Source of the DNA: Psammoneis japonica
Taxonomy: Eukaryota
Direction: 5' to 3'
Assembly (NCBI GenBank): GCA_008632985.1
Contig: QPGO01000070.1
Location: 186,001-250,000 of the forward strand
DNA: 64,000 nt
Below are positions 13,585 to 27,342 of the stretch, piece by piece. How positions within the stretch are numbered: the first letter of the stretch is position 1; each line of letters opens with the position of its first letter. Below the pieces are notes generated by a model that saw only the letters and a program-made list of their open reading frames with translations, did no database searches and was not told the origin of the DNA. The translations under genes were made by a program, and so were the position numbers.

Positions 13585-16500
13585 GAGCATGCAGCATGGG
13601 CACAGGTCTCCAGCAGGTGTCCAGATGAGAAGCAACTGCTGAGAGCTGAGTGGCTGCACAGATTTGCGGGCTCCACCAGATTGCACAGTGTGAATTTCGT
13701 GGATCTCACAATCATGCTCCAAGGCTCCTACTTGCATGCCACCCTCTACGAAAAAATGCACATCCCCCGCCACACTCACCTCACACCTGCCCCACCTGGA
13801 GTGCTCGCTGGCCCAACTGTGGGCACGCTCTCTTTTGCATCAACAAACTTTGCTCTGACCCAACTGATGCAAAAGCAAAAATGAAATTGTTGGACTTCAC
13901 TGATGCTTGCAAGCCCGTGGATGTAAACCTGACAAATTGCAACACCGATCTTTCACAAAGCATGCAACCCAATCTTTGGAAACGCAACAAGAGAAAAGTC
14001 GCACCCCAGTCGAATCCAATTTTTGTCCACACTCCATGCCATCTAAATGACCCACCATTGAGCAAACCGCAAAAACTTTGGAAATGGACTGTGGCTCACC
14101 CTCCCTGCTCACAATCACTCGCCAACCTTGGAAATCACGCTTGACAATGCGCTGGCCTGCTCGACCGCATGATTGTTTGCCGCAGCCGCTCGTGCAACCT
14201 TGGCAACCTCCTTTTGCACCACAACCTTCTTCACATTTTCATGGTCTGCCAGTTTTGTCCTGTTGGATTGCAAACAGGGTGGCCACAGAGAGAGAAGAGA
14301 AAGAGAGAGAGACAGCATGGTGACCTGTGTTTGCGCTGAATTGGTCTGACCCACCCGCCTGTCCCTCACCCCTGGATCATTTTGACACAACAGCTCACCA
14401 CCACATTAACAAGAACAGCAGCTGGCCACTGATGATGCCACAGCAAAAGTCTTGCTGGTGATTTTGGTTGGTGCTGTTGTGCCTGCTGTCTGCTCTGCAG
14501 CTTGGACAGCTGTCTGAATGAGCAGCTCTGCCTTGGCTGCTTGTGCTGTTTGTTGGTCACACCATTTGATGGAAAATTGGCTTTGTTGATCTTGTTTGTT
14601 CATTCAAGAGAGAGAGAGAGAGAGAGCACAGCATGGGGCAGGTCTCCACCAGCAGGTCTGCAGATGAGAGGCAACTGCTGACAACTGAGTGCACAGATTG
14701 ACGGTGCCATCTGGGATCTCCCTGCTGATGATGACCACACAGTGTGCACATTGGGAGCTGACACTTTTCACAACACAAGCTCTGAAAAAGGGGCAGAGAG
14801 CTCTCTTGCCAGAGAGGGGGGGGGGGAAGAGAAGCCACTCTGGTTTTCTGCCATGATGGCAAGAATGGTTGAGGTTGTGTCTCTCATGACAAATCAAAAA
14901 CAAAATCCAAAGAGGCCCTGGTGTGGAAAAACATCAAAGTGAACTTCCTTTGATGTTTTGTGAGAAAATCGTGCTTCCTCTGATGATCTTGGCTTGTTTT
15001 TGTGCATTGTCACCAACAACCTGTCTGACTGCCAAGTGAGCTGGACAGCTCCACATTCGTGCCCATCATGAAATTGTCCTTTTTGCAGGAGTGGTCATGT
15101 GACACTCTTCTTCATGCAGGAAGCAACGCCAGGCAGTTGCACCAACAACAAAGATGCCAAGGGTTTTGGGGAGGCATTTTGTTGTGCTGGTGTTCAGGAG
15201 GTTTGAAACTTCGAGGTGTCAAATCTCTTTGCATTTTCTTTCTAGATTGCAGCACATTCTTTGCACAAAATTGTGCATGATTTCAACTCCTTTGCTTCAG
15301 ACTTTTTGTGCACAAATTTCAAGTGCAATTCCATGTGTTCAGACAGAAATTTCTTCAGATGACAATGGGTTGCATTTTGTTGTTCTGTGCTTTTTGCTCT
15401 CTTTCTTGTTCCAAGAAGTTTTCTTGCAGTGTGAACTCCAATTCATGATGGACATCATTTGGCACCCCAATGTGTGACCTTGCAATGCTCTTAACAGGTC
15501 ACCCGCATGCTTGCTGTGGTTCAGGCCCCTTTGCATTTCATTGTTCTGGCTTCAGTGTGACATCCCTGTGCAATTCTGAGCATGATGGCATTTTCATTTG
15601 ATCATCATTTTCCATGTTGGAACTTCTTGGATGTTTCATCCCAGGAAGTTTTTTCTCATTCCTTCTGTGCACTTCATCTCTGGAGACAGCCACATCTTTG
15701 GTTTTTCTGCAGTGTTTTTTTTTTGTGGCTCCCACCATGTGGTGTGGTCAGGATTCTTGTCCATTTTTTGAAGCACAGCAACTCCATTTGCCATCTGACA
15801 AGCACCCAGTTGGGCACCATTTTGACTTGAAATTGCTGGGTGTGATGGGCATTGTCATGCAACAATGTGTCACAACAGTCTTTGAATTGTCCTCCCTGCC
15901 ACCTTTGTTTGGGTGCTGGGGAATGTGGGTCTGCTGCAGTCAGTGTTGACGTGGGCAGTGGTGAGATGATGGCATGGTCACTTTCTTTTGACTGCCAAGC
16001 TGACTGGAGTTCCAAGTCCATCGCCAACTTCCACACCAATGCCAGGCCCGGCTGAGCCCCCAATTTCAAGTCAACAAAAAGGCACCTGACTGCCAGGCTT
16101 GTGGAGGGTCTGTTGCCAATGACCCCCCTTTTCTTGCCTGCTCTCTGCAAGCAAATGCCTTTTCCCCCATTTCTACAACCTGCCTCCAACCAGATTCCCA
16201 TCAGTCAAGCCAGCTCACCCTCTGCCATGTCTCACTCATGCCACATCACTTTCTGCATCATGACACAGACCACTGCAATCAGCAGCAGAGATCCTGTCCA
16301 ACAATTGATTTGTGGGTGGTGAGCAACACAGGATTGATGCTTGCACAGGCAAAAACCCTTCTTGCAAAAAGCTGGGAAAGTTGGATGCACCAGCAGCTGC
16401 AATTGCCTTTGTTGCCAAGGAAAGAAGTTGTGCTCTGAGTCTCAAACCAAGCTGCTGCCCTGAAAAGGTGTTTGTTGCAAGAAGCCTGGAGATTCTGCTT

Positions 16501-17060
16501 GCCACAAATCTAGAACAACACAAGAACACTTGAAGTGCAAGAACAGGAACACTTGCAAAGAAGTCACCTTTGGAGACGATGGGCTGACAATGGATGCATG
16601 CTGTTCAGTGAGTGATGGTTCAGGCAACACCCTGAAGGAAAGCGGCATGTGCTCAAAATGTTGGGAAAGAACAGTTGTGTTGATGTCTTCCAACAGAACA
16701 CCAAAATCAGCCAACCCTGTGGCAAAAGTCTCCAGCACGCAATGATGATCCATGCGAGCCAGACCATTGCAATGCCTGTAACAAAGTGTGTGACCAGCAG
16801 AGATCCCGACCTGAAGATGAGTTTGTCAACGGGGAGTCCCATCTCTGCTGCACAGGTGAAAAGTCTTGCGAAAAGGTGGGAGCGGCTACGATTGCCTTTT
16901 TGCCGAGGGAAGCAGACATGCCCCGAGTCTAATGCCAGGCTGCCCTGGGGTTTGCTGCAAGGCAGGAGAAGACATTTGCTGGAACGAGAAATTTACTTGA
17001 GCAAATGGAGTCATTGGTAACGTCGGTTGGGCCGATGGACATTTGCAGTGACTGATGGAG
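13490..17060. other. TpA/CpG-depleted hypermutated block B (decayed repeats and gene fragments)
   Basis: Near absence of TA and strong CG depletion; internal direct repeat at about 13560 and 14606. Confidence 0.85.
13560..14760 (+). repeat. Diverged direct repeat (~130-150 bp) headed by (GA)n; copies at about 13560-13700 and 14606-14750
   Basis: Both copies read (GA)n..cagcatggg..caggtctcca..gcaggt..cagatgaga.gcaactgctga..ctgagtg..cacagatt. Confidence 0.8.
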
Positions 17061-17319
17061 ACAGGACCCCAGAGCAATAGGATACATGCTCGAAACTAGG
17101 AAAGGACGGGGAAAGCCTGAAGAGGGCAGTCGGATAGTCTTAAAAAAAAAGGAATGACTATGGCCAATGGTTTGGCCGGATTCCCCGGCGCGATGAATTT
17201 TGTGGTGCCGTACCAACCAGGGAGAGAGCAGCAGCTCGTTTTACTTTACACGACTCTCTAGAAGTAGTTTGCCATTACACAAACTGGTGCAATCAGTGGC
17301 TCTTGTGTTACGCAAGTTT

Positions 17320-17713
17320 TCATTGCTTGTTTTGGTATTGCGCAGGTGTCCATGCCTTGATTGTGAGAGCATGAATTTGATCCATGTACTCGGCGAGTGC
17401 GGCATTGACACTACGATGTCTCTTTAACAGTGGCATGCCTTCAAATTTAGCACTAACCACAATGAGCTCCAACTTGGCCCCACCACTACAACTTCCTCCA
17501 ATGTCAATGCATTCTACATGCGTCGCTTGAAATTCTTCCAAACACTGCAGCAGAACATACATTGAGGCGCAGTGTCAGTGAGTAAAGCTTGTATGAGCAC
17601 GTCTACTTCAGCAAGAACGAATACCAGCACTTCCAAAACTCTTTCGGTAAGAATTTGGTGGGAATGTAGTAACGTACCTTGGATCGAACCGCTTCCACAA
17701 GGTCCGTCGCCAT
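17320..17713 (-). CDS. bolA: BolA family protein (2 exons)
   Basis: MATDLVEAVRSK, intron GTACGT..CTGCAG, then CLEEFQ..SGGAKLELIVVSAKFEGMPLLKRHRSVN..IHALTIKAWTP. Confidence 0.9.
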
Positions 17714-17889
17714 TGTCCTCCGGTTGATATTTCTGAGGACTTGCCATGTACCATGTACCTGAGATGAATAAGCCATTTAACTCGTATTGTCAATGCTTAT
17801 TAAAATTGAAAATATTTTATTTTCCTTATTCAAACGTCGCACAACGATCATCGCAGCACACTGCACACTGCACAGCCGCACAACAAACC

Positions 17890-19780
17890 ATGATGCCGAC
17901 GGAGCGGCAGCCAAGACAATGGGCCTTGTCAATGGGTCATCGACAGTACTACGTTATGGTTGCTTTCATACTGCTATGTATATCAATAGGAGCTTATGGA
18001 TATTCTTCAGGATTATCACAGCATCATCATCGCCCGAACAGTCTGGAGAATAATCGCAACACTCGGCTCGGCCTGGCAACCTCATCACAGCAACTCAAGA
18101 ACGGATCAAAAGGAAGCGCAAAAAGATGTCTGCTAATAAAAACACAACTTCCACAGCACAAGCCGCCGTAGGTGCCCGCTTGGCTCGCGCCACGGCTCGC
18201 GCCAAGGCTCTGCAACAAAACGATCGTCAGCCCCTCTTGTTGGAGACAGACAAGGCGTTGATTCAAGATGAACACCTTGGTTCGTTGCGAGACTTGACAA
18301 AGAGTATTGATCAGCGCTTAAATGCCAAGAATCGACGTGCGACATCGTTTAATCACGGACGCATGGCCATGACGGCGGAAGACTCCATGAGTTTTCTGTT
18401 GGGGTACAATGATCGCATCCAACAACGGCACAACTCAGAAAAGAAGTTTTGTGTAGCAGTAGTTTTTGGAAAACCTCTCATTCGAGACTTGATCTCTGTG
18501 GAATATGCGTCTCGTATTCGAGCTCTCGTGGAAAGCATGATTGGTAATAATAACAAGGACGAAAGAAAGCAGCTCAAACCATGCTTGCTATGTTTTGCCG
18601 GCGGCATTGCCAAGGGCAATCATGTAAGCAGTGCGGACGCTGGCTATGTATTCTTTCGTCACTTGTGTCAATCACAGGGTATTGATATATCCAATATAGG
18701 CATCGTCTTGGATCGCACCAGCGCAAATGATGCGCAGACCTTGCTCAAGCTCAAGGAACGCATTCACAAGCGACTGAACCCGTGGCTGAAAAGTGCTTTG
18801 GGTGCAGATTATCAAGAGAAAAAGAAGCAAAAGGTCAACATTCAAGTCCAGCTCTATTCAACAGAGTACCACTTGTGCAATCTGAATGATATTCATCACC
18901 GATCACCGGGACAATCGTCGCTGCAACCAATAGAAGCGCTTCAAGAAGAATGTCGCGGAGAAGATGACGAGGATGGAGACAACTACGAGAGCAGCCGCAG
19001 CAGCCGGAAGCGCGTTTCTATGAAAAAGAATAGAGGTGTTCATGCAATCGTGGACGCATCGTGGACCTTTCACTATGCCACTTATCCTTATTTCTACAGC
19101 AAGGACAATGTGGAGGCGTTCGTTGGAAACTGCTACCTCTTGGGTCAGGAACTATGGCCATCATATGTAAACATGAAGGGTGTTGTGAACGAGGTAAGCT
19201 TGTGGCCTGGAAGGTAACGCTATCTCTTGAAAGATACTGGACTGCTTTGACATTTTGATTGCCGTTTTCTTTCGCAACAGGTTGAGTTTTTTCAACGAGA
19301 CAACTACCTAGTCATGGTGTCCATTCGCCGATCGCTGGTTTCTCACGTGGAGGAAATGTACAATGCGAGCCCGTCCTTTCGTTCAGGATTAAAATTGTTT
19401 CGACAACATGACGGACGCACGGTTGATGTGGTTTTGGAGGGAGCCTTACTATCGTTGGGTCGGTGTATTGACATTGTCCGACCTGCGGGGCTACTAGTGA
19501 GCAGCGTTTCGGCACTGGAATGGGGAAAAGCGTTGCGTGCCTTGGAACATTGCATTTATGAATTGCAAACGGCATGTGATCCTGACCGGCCACTCGAACC
19601 AGAGGAATGGGGAAAGCTTGGAGAAAAGGAGGGCGGAACTCACATAGCGGGGGACCACGTGGACCTCGAGATGCATCAGAAACCTAATGAGGTTGAAAAC
19701 GAGTCGGTCAGTGAAGTCCACATTGTTGGGGACGCGAATGAGGAACTTTTCGATGACATTGAGACTCTCGTTGACGAATA
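17890..19780 (+). CDS. Membrane-anchored protein with DUF218/YdcF-like domain
   Basis: VVFGKPL..EYASRI..LCFAGG..SSADAG..STEYHL resembles the YdcF/SanA fold. Intron at about 19194-19281. The N-terminal TM part is in another frame (frameshift near 18050-18120). Confidence 0.6.
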
Positions 19781-20769
19781 GATATTCGAAAGAGACTTTG
19801 AAATTGCAATTTGGGTGGAGCATTCTCTCTCATATTTGACCAGACCAAGAAAGAGATATTTTTCGTTGCTCGTGAATGACTCCTTTCCTACCATTGCATT
19901 GAAGAGACCAAGGCTGCGAGATTTAAAAAAATGATGCGAAAGAAACTCAAGTTGTGACATCTACGATCGCATGTTTGTTTGTTTCGAGAGCTCTGCAGGT
20001 TTGAATGTGTCTGCGGGTAGATGCGCAGAACCAATGACCTGAGTCCTTGGACGACATTTTTGCATCATGAAGAATGAGCCACCTCGCAACCACAGTCCCG
20101 GATCTAGAGGTACAGGGGGGGGCGATCATGGACTCGAGAAGTGCCTTGTCGAATTGTGCCGTCACGGTACGAAAACCTTGCAACTGTGTTGTGAACGAGA
20201 TCCGCGCATCGAGAATGGTTCGACCAACATTTTTGCCGCCTCTAAAGAACTCGGAGCCGTTTCATAAGGCGCCCTTGGACGAATCTGCTTGAATCCTACG
20301 CTGTGGGGCAACAATGCCCAACTATGCAAAAATACAGGCAAGAGTACAAACAAACTTTGCAACACCTAGCTCGAGAATTGGCCAGGCGTCACCTGAAGAA
20401 GCAACAAGGCGAGCCAAGCAAACACAAAGACAGCATGTTGGAATCTCTGGCAGCCTCCCTAGTAACAAGTTTCACAGTGGTGATGGTGGAGACCTGGAGG
20501 AGGTGCTCTGTCTGTCTACCAATGGTCCACGAGGAAAAGCAGTGATTACGGCAGCAAATCCAACAAGTGGCAGTTTGTCTAGCAAGAGCACGTAAACTAA
20601 AACGATCGACTCGGTGTAAACAACAGAAAAGAGCGTCATTTCAAAGATGTCAAGTTTTTTACTGTGGTGAGCATAGTCCGCCTCAAGCAGAGTCTTATAT
20701 TTCGCTTCGTGCTTCACGACCTGTAATGCATTCCATCTCTCGAGCGCCGCACATGCTGCTTAATGCTTG

Positions 20770-23700
20770 ACTGCACAAGAAATGTGCGCTCTGCAGCAAA
20801 AATGTTAACATTTTTGTTTCATGCTAACATTTTTGAAAAGCAATCACAGTTTCTGTTTATGAAGTTGGAAGTGCAGTTGGTGCAAGAAGGGAACTTGAAC
20901 TGACCTCTGACACCATTTGCCACATTGTTCAAGAAGACTTGACATCTTGAGGTGCACCCTCAAGGCAAACAATGCCTGTAAATCCCACTGCAAAGCCACT
21001 GAAGCTGCCATCATTTCATTTCATGAATTGGCCATGAAGCTTTGCCAGCTCTTCACCTTCCATGCATTCACCCATGCCAGGCTTTGGAAGGCATCTTCTG
21101 CTGAAGACTCATCTCAATTTGACCTTTTCTCTTGCGTCTTTCAGTTGGAGCAAGGCCCAATCCCATGGCACAACAGCTGGAGAGTCACCTCTGATGACCA
21201 TCTTCGCAAGCCTGTCTTTGGGTCAATGGAAGCCAACAAGTGCCAGTGAAATGGCTCATTGCAAGGGTGGTGTCAAGCCATTTGTTGTTTGCATGTGTGC
21301 ACGCACCCTGCTGGCTGTGTCTGTGCTCTTTGCTTGCTGTCAAGATCAGTGCCTGGTGGCGCCAGCACCCAGTGCTTGCCAAACAGCATTCACAGCATAA
21401 GTGGGCCCATGTTTGAGTGCAATGACATCAAAAGTGAAGCTGTTTGAGGTGCCATTCTCAAGCATCTGGAGGCTTGACTGCAGATCTGACAAGAAAAGTT
21501 GGCAGGCCCCAGTTTTCACAGGAGGCACCAACCACCTTGAGACTCAGCTCTGGACTTTTTGTCAATGACATGCTGTCTCACTCCAGCATGGGAAAGAGCA
21601 TTCCCAACAAAAAATGGCCCCGCAACAAACACTTGTGTGATGTTCTTGGGCTGGTGCCAACTCCACTGTGTGCCACACATGCATGCAGGTTAAAAGGCCT
21701 TGGGCTGTCCATCACCCATCAATCTGTCTGTCAGCCCATCAAGCTGACACACACCCAGGCTTCCACCAGCTTGTTGGTGGGGCCTCAAATGACTTCAAAA
21801 TGCTCTTGCAAAAAGCTGGTTGCTCAAGACAAGGACGTGCAAACAGTGTGCAACCAAATCAAGGAATTGACAGAGGAGTGCAAAGTGTCAGGTGGTGCAG
21901 ACAGTTTTGGTGCTGGTGTCAACAGGCACAGCACTGATGCAGCATTGTCGCCAGCTCTTCATTGCCATTTGATTTGTTTGTGTGGAGAGGGGCACAACAG
22001 TCAAGTGATCCATGTGCTGTGTGACAAACCTGGTCAAGGGAAGACAGTTGCTGGCAGAGCACTTCTGCAGATTTTTTGCACTTTCCCTTCAGATGGGCAG
22101 GAGAATGGGAAAATTTTGTGAAAGGGTTTGGTGTGGCAACAAGCAGCCACATGTTTTATGAAACCCATGTGTCATTGCTCAGAGAAAAAGTCAGTGTTGC
22201 TGGCATCAAGGGGTGGACTCATGAACTTCTGTTGGCAATGGATTGGTGCTGCCAACCCATCAACCATCTCAACATTGACCCTGATTTGCTGGAAAAGACA
22301 AAGCCAATCTTCATTTTGATGAGGGCTGGCATGGGTCAACAAAGGGGAAAAAGAACATGTTTTTTGTCAAAATTGCTGCTCAGAACAAGCAAGTTGCTGA
22401 TGCCCTCTGTGGGCTGAATGGTGGTCAAAGAATTGCTCTTGTGCCTGGATGAAATTCAGGTGATGACAAAGCATCACCCAACTGAAAAGAAGAGGAGTGA
22501 AGCTCTGCGGCCTTTTTGTTAAAGCAATTCACTTTGAATTCAATGACAATGGCATGACACAAAAAAGCAGCACCAGGAAGTCCAAAAACTTGAACGCGGC
22601 AACCACAAAATCAACAAGATTTGTTGTGAGCAGCAGCGCATGTGGCCAATCGAGTTGGTGCTCAATCCCATGGCACAAGGAAAGTCAACATGTGTTCATC
22701 ATTGCCTGCCAAGACCCAGAGATCATGCATGACAAGACAAACCCTCAAGTGACATCAGCCAGCTCTTTGCGTCATGACATCTTCCCTTCACCTCTCATGC
22801 CAACTCCGCTCAAAGCCACCAGAAGCACATTTGCTTTTTGCCAAACTTGAGATGCAAGCATGCTCTGGGCCATGCTGGGACTTAGAAAAGAGCGCTGCTG
22901 TCCATCAAAAAAAGCATCACAATGGATCTAAAACAGCTGAAGAGAACCAAAATGGTCACTGGAAGAGGTGCAGGTGATCTTGCCGGAGACTTTTACATCA
23001 CAGCCATTTGAGCCATGGGAAGAATCAGACCATGGTGTGAGCTCTGTTGCAGCCCTTGAAGAATGAGGATGCTCTTTCTCTTCTTTCTTGAGGAAGAGGA
23101 TTCTTGCTCTTGCATTGACTCATTGAGGCATTGTTGTTGGCTGTGCTGCCTTGGAAGCTCTCACTCTAAAAGAGAGGTTGCATCACTGCTGTTGTTGTCC
23201 TTTCTGGCTCCACCCACACATCGGTCTGCTGTTTCTGGCTCTGCTTCCAAATGATCCACAGTCACGGGCTCTTCATCCTCAACAACAGATTCTGTTTCCA
23301 TGGTGGCTGCAGAAGCACCCTCTCTTCTCCTTTTTCTTCCTCCTCTTTTGCCTCCTCTCCTCCTCATTGGAGAATTCATCCTTTTCTGACAAGTCCCTCT
23401 GTGCAAAAAGGACTGCACCCTTCACATTTGCATGACTGATTTGAACAGAAACTCCTCATGCAGCAATCAGATCTCTGCATCTGACAAAGCCAACTCAAGG
23501 TCACATCTGTCACAAACTTGCACCATGCTGTTGGCCCCCTTCCTCCTCAATGTTGCAGTTTCTGCTGGTGTCAGATTTGGGTCAAATGCTGGAGCACAGC
23601 AGCAGTGCAAAGATCAGCAGCCCCTCCCCAGCAGGGCTGCCATCATCACAAAAATGGCAAAGTGGTGGCAGCTGCATTTGCACCTGCACCCACATTGTTT

Positions 23701-25246
23701 TTCTCTTCACAAAGTTGTTGACACTGCTGCACTTGGCCATGGCTGGCACTGCTGCTCTTGCAAACAATGTGAACAGTTGTGCATGAGAGAGCAGAGTGCA
23801 GAAATTTGAAAAGCACTTTTTGCTGCAGCACCCCAAAGCTCATGAGGCATGTGTGCTTGACTGCCCCTGGTGTGTTTGCACCTTGTTTGGGGGTGGATGC
23901 ATGCTTTGACAAGGCTGGGAAAAATCACAAATTGCAGTGGCAGGCACCAGCTAAAATCAGAGTCAGTTCTGTGGATGACAAGGGGTGGCACTCCAATGCA
24001 AAAAGACATGCTGATGCAATTTTTGCCTCTGATTTACCCCAATTTCTTGTTGAGCAACAACTCAAAGAGAAAGCATCCATTGTGCAAGCTTGTGAAAGAC
24101 ATTTTGAAACACACCAAGACTTCATCAGCACAAAAGCAGAGCTGAGAAGAGACAGAGGGATGGCAGCTCCTGAGACACAGAGGCAGAGCTGTGATGACAT
24201 GCTCAGCAGTCTGCTCAGCAGATGGCAGATGGCTGCTTCTTCTGCTGCTGCTTCCATCATTCCATCTCACTGGCCAAACATGTTGGGGCAGTCCAGGGGC
24301 AAAAGACTTCCATTTCTTGGCAACTCCAGAAGAACTTTTTGAGAACAATGTTGCAGAGGTGTTCTGGAGCAGTGCATCGACAAATTGTCACAAGTCGGCA
24401 AGTCACATGATGGATGAGCATGGAGAGAGGTCACTGACCAGCATGATTGACCAAATCTCTGTGGCCCCATTGCTTTGCAAAGAGAAGTGCTCTCTCTCTC
24501 TCTCTCTTGCATCTGCCCCACCACTTGAGTGTCGCGCCATTGAACAACTCTCTCACATGCAAAGCTCAGGTTTTAAAGAGCCAGCAAGAGGCAGGCTGTT
24601 GCGAGAAAGCCTGCGTTCCACTGGCCGTGCAGTCATTGGAGCCTGGAACATTCTTCAGCTCAGAAGCAACCACACACATGATGCCACACCAAAGCAAGAG
24701 AGGGAAAATGACTGGTGCCTGAGAGGGGCTTGTTTTGTGCTGTCCAGGCATTTCTCAAAAGCCACAGAGAGCCTGGAGCACTTGACTCAAAAGCAAGCAC
24801 AAGTGTTTCTCTTTGTCCCAACGCCACACACTGCCAATGCAAGAGGATTGACAAAAGCTTGTTGCGTGCACAACATCAAAGATCTTGCACTCAAAGTGCC
24901 ACCACAACAGCAGCTGTTTGAAACACCAGCTGCCCCAGAGCTTTCAGAGAACAAGTGCCTCAACAGAAAGACACAAGAGACAAAAGTTTGGCATTGCGCG
25001 ATGTTTGCAACTTTCATGCCGGGCACTGCGGCAGCGGTGCAGCACTGGAAACAAAAGGACATCACATGCTGGACAAAAATGCTTGGGTTCAACATGGCAT
25101 GAGAAATGAAAGCTTTTTCGTTGAGGCCACAGGAGTGACCGGACATTGTGTTGTGCCCAAACAAGAAGAAGTGTCCACAGAGAGGAGCACCCAGCCCAGC
25201 AGCTGTGGAGCTGCAGCTTTTCAGGCGGGGTCACAGTTGACAAAAA

Positions 25247-25284
<38 letters not shown>

Positions 25285-25500
25285 GGGGTGGTGTGCTGAA
25301 GGTGCTGGAGGAAAAGATGCCAGCTGACGAGCCACCATTGGCCCCATCTGTTCTCAGAGTCACAGAAGTGCAGCGGGCACACAATTGGGGGCACTTGAGC
25401 TCTTGCACAAAAGGAAGTGCATGATCATCCTGGCGTGCGCATGCCTGGGACTTGTGGTTCTGTTCTGTCCACGTCACACCGTTCTTTTCAGTGCACTTGT
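20770..25500. other. TpA/CpG-depleted hypermutated block C
   Basis: By my reading 23281-23950 (670 nt) has no TA and no CG. Confidence 0.9.
21750..22480 (+). pseudogene. Decayed P-loop NTPase gene fragment
   Basis: QVIHVLCDKPGQGKTVAGRALL is a Walker A motif after a hydrophobic strand; the frame breaks afterwards. Confidence 0.5.
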
Positions 25501-25921
25501 TATGGTTCCTCCTTTCTGCGAGACACGTTGACATGTAAAGGACACGTCACTTGGAAAGGGCCAATCGCGTCAATTCCGCAACTTGCGCAAGCGCGATTTT
25601 GGAATTGAAAAAATGGCGCGAAAAATCAAATGCACGCCGGCATGTTTTCGTTCAAATAACTGGCGTTGACAAGAAAGAACCCTTTTGCACTCTTTCTCAT
25701 ATAAATTTAACGGTATACGTTATACTGTTAGAATACAAATTTATGTAGATATTCATTTTCTTTGACACTCATTTCCGTTTAAATGCAAAGTATGCCAATG
25801 ACACGTACGTCAATTTCAGTACAAGTTTCTACGTTGGTCGGAGAGTGCACTCAAAAATTTGCCCACAATTTGCATTCGGCTTCTCCTCAAGAGTGCGATC
25901 TAACATCGGAAGGCAATAACC

Positions 25922-26488
25922 ATGACCGACACTACCAGCAACAACAGCAAGAAGCGCAGCATAGATCGGAGTAGTAGCAGCAGCAGTAGCATCGAAGTAC
26001 CTGCTTGTATCATGTTTCCACTGGAACTATCTCCCATTCCACCAAGAGCAGCAGCAACAACGTCCGTTGCTACTGTTCCATCACAAGTATCCGATGATGA
26101 CGACGAAGCTCTCATGATGGACGGTGTGTCACGCATGACTCTATCGGAGGATGAGACTACTACTAGACAAGCAGAGTCACCCGCCAATGAAGTTTCCTTT
26201 ACTCACGATGATTTGATTCCCACGACACCGGTCCGAAAACGCCGTCTCATTAGCATGACACCCATCAAGACGCCGCGCATCTCCAATTTTCAAAAGACGA
26301 ACACTACTACAGTCGTGTCACCCATTGTGTGTGGTAGTGATGAACATGCCGCGTTGTTGGACATTGATTGGATTCATCCGTTACCCGAGAGACCACAGCG
26401 GCTTCGTCGAAAGCGGTTGCTGCGCATGAGAAAGTCACAACACATTGCCACGCCCTTTCCCTTTTTTCCGCTCTCGCCGACTCCGTAA
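25922..26488 (+). CDS. Hypothetical Ser/Pro/Thr-rich, probably disordered protein
   Basis: 188-aa single ORF, good ATG context, normal dinucleotide content, basic clusters (TPVRKRR, RLRRKR). Confidence 0.6.
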   Translation: MTDTTSNNSKKRSIDRSSSSSSSIEVPACIMFPLELSPIPPRAAATTSVATVPSQVSDDDDEALMMDGVSRMTLSEDETTTRQAESPANEVSFTHDDLIPTTPVRKRRLISMTPIKTPRISNFQKTNTTTVVSPIVCGSDEHAALLDIDWIHPLPERPQRLRRKRLLRMRKSQHIATPFPFFPLSPTP

Positions 26489-26646
26489 GCGAAGAGCAGC
26501 TATGATTTACGCATGAACGCAAAAAAGAGCTAGCTGTAACGAGTGATACTAGAGAGTGCGTCTGTTTCATAACTTCTTTGAATTACTGTCTCTGCAGAGT
26601 CGTTATTGTTTCATGCAATGCCGTTTTCACGTCCCAGCGCCCAGCG

Positions 26647-27342
26647 CAAGGATTTACTACAAATTGCAAGACAATTGCGCGATTCACGTGCCCGAAGGTG
26701 GAATATCGTTGCCCGAAGCAACATTCTCCCTTCGCGCAGATGTCAATTCTACGTATGATGTGGTATCAAAATTTTCATTTTGGTCCCAGTCATTTCATCA
26801 AATGACCTTGTGGTACTCTCCTACGTGATCTACGAAAATCGGAGCTTCGGGCTGGCTGGTACATTTTCTACAGGCTCTACGTGCGCGAAGCTCGAATTTC
26901 AACAATCACCCTTCGGGCACGTGAATCGCGCAATTGTCTTGCAATTCGTAGTATAAGTCTATCAGGATGTACAAGCTGCGTAGAACGCGTGTTGCCAACC
27001 GCGGTCACACGTCCCTAAGTAATCTTGACGGTGCGAACTCCGCCGTTAAAGTATATTAAATATATTCGTGTTTTATATTTTTTGTCGCCGTCTGTTATCC
27101 CCCCTCCATCACGTTTCGCACCCGTCTGTCTTCCCCCCTCCATCACGTTTCGTCTTCAAGGTATGTATTATAACAAAATATGTATATATTTATAATAGCA
27201 AGGTTCTTTCCGTCAGAAGCCCAACGTAGACCTACGTAATACTCAGTACAAAAAATAACGGTGTTCGTACCACGCATGGCAACAGGCTCGCACGTAGATT
27301 TGTACCGGAGCTTGTACATCCTGATAGACTTATAAATCCTTG
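26647..27342. mobile_element. Non-autonomous TIR element with 8-bp TSD (P-element- or hAT-like MITE)
   Basis: 34-bp TIR CAAGGATTTATAAGTCTATCAGGATGTACAAGCT. The left copy is split by an inner MITE; the right copy is at 27309-27342. TSD GCCCAGCG at 26639-26646 and 27343-27350. Confidence 0.85.
26657..26951. mobile_element. 295-bp Tc1/mariner-type MITE with TA target duplication
   Basis: ~42-bp TIR CTACAAATTGCAAGACAATTGCGCGATTCACGTGCCCGAAGG with one mismatch; TA at 26655-56 and 26952-53. Confidence 0.9.

Noticed and set aside
19947..20717. Short ORFs between the DUF218-like gene and block C
   Set aside because: Fragmentary with no recognisable domain; may be a gene remnant but cannot be supported.
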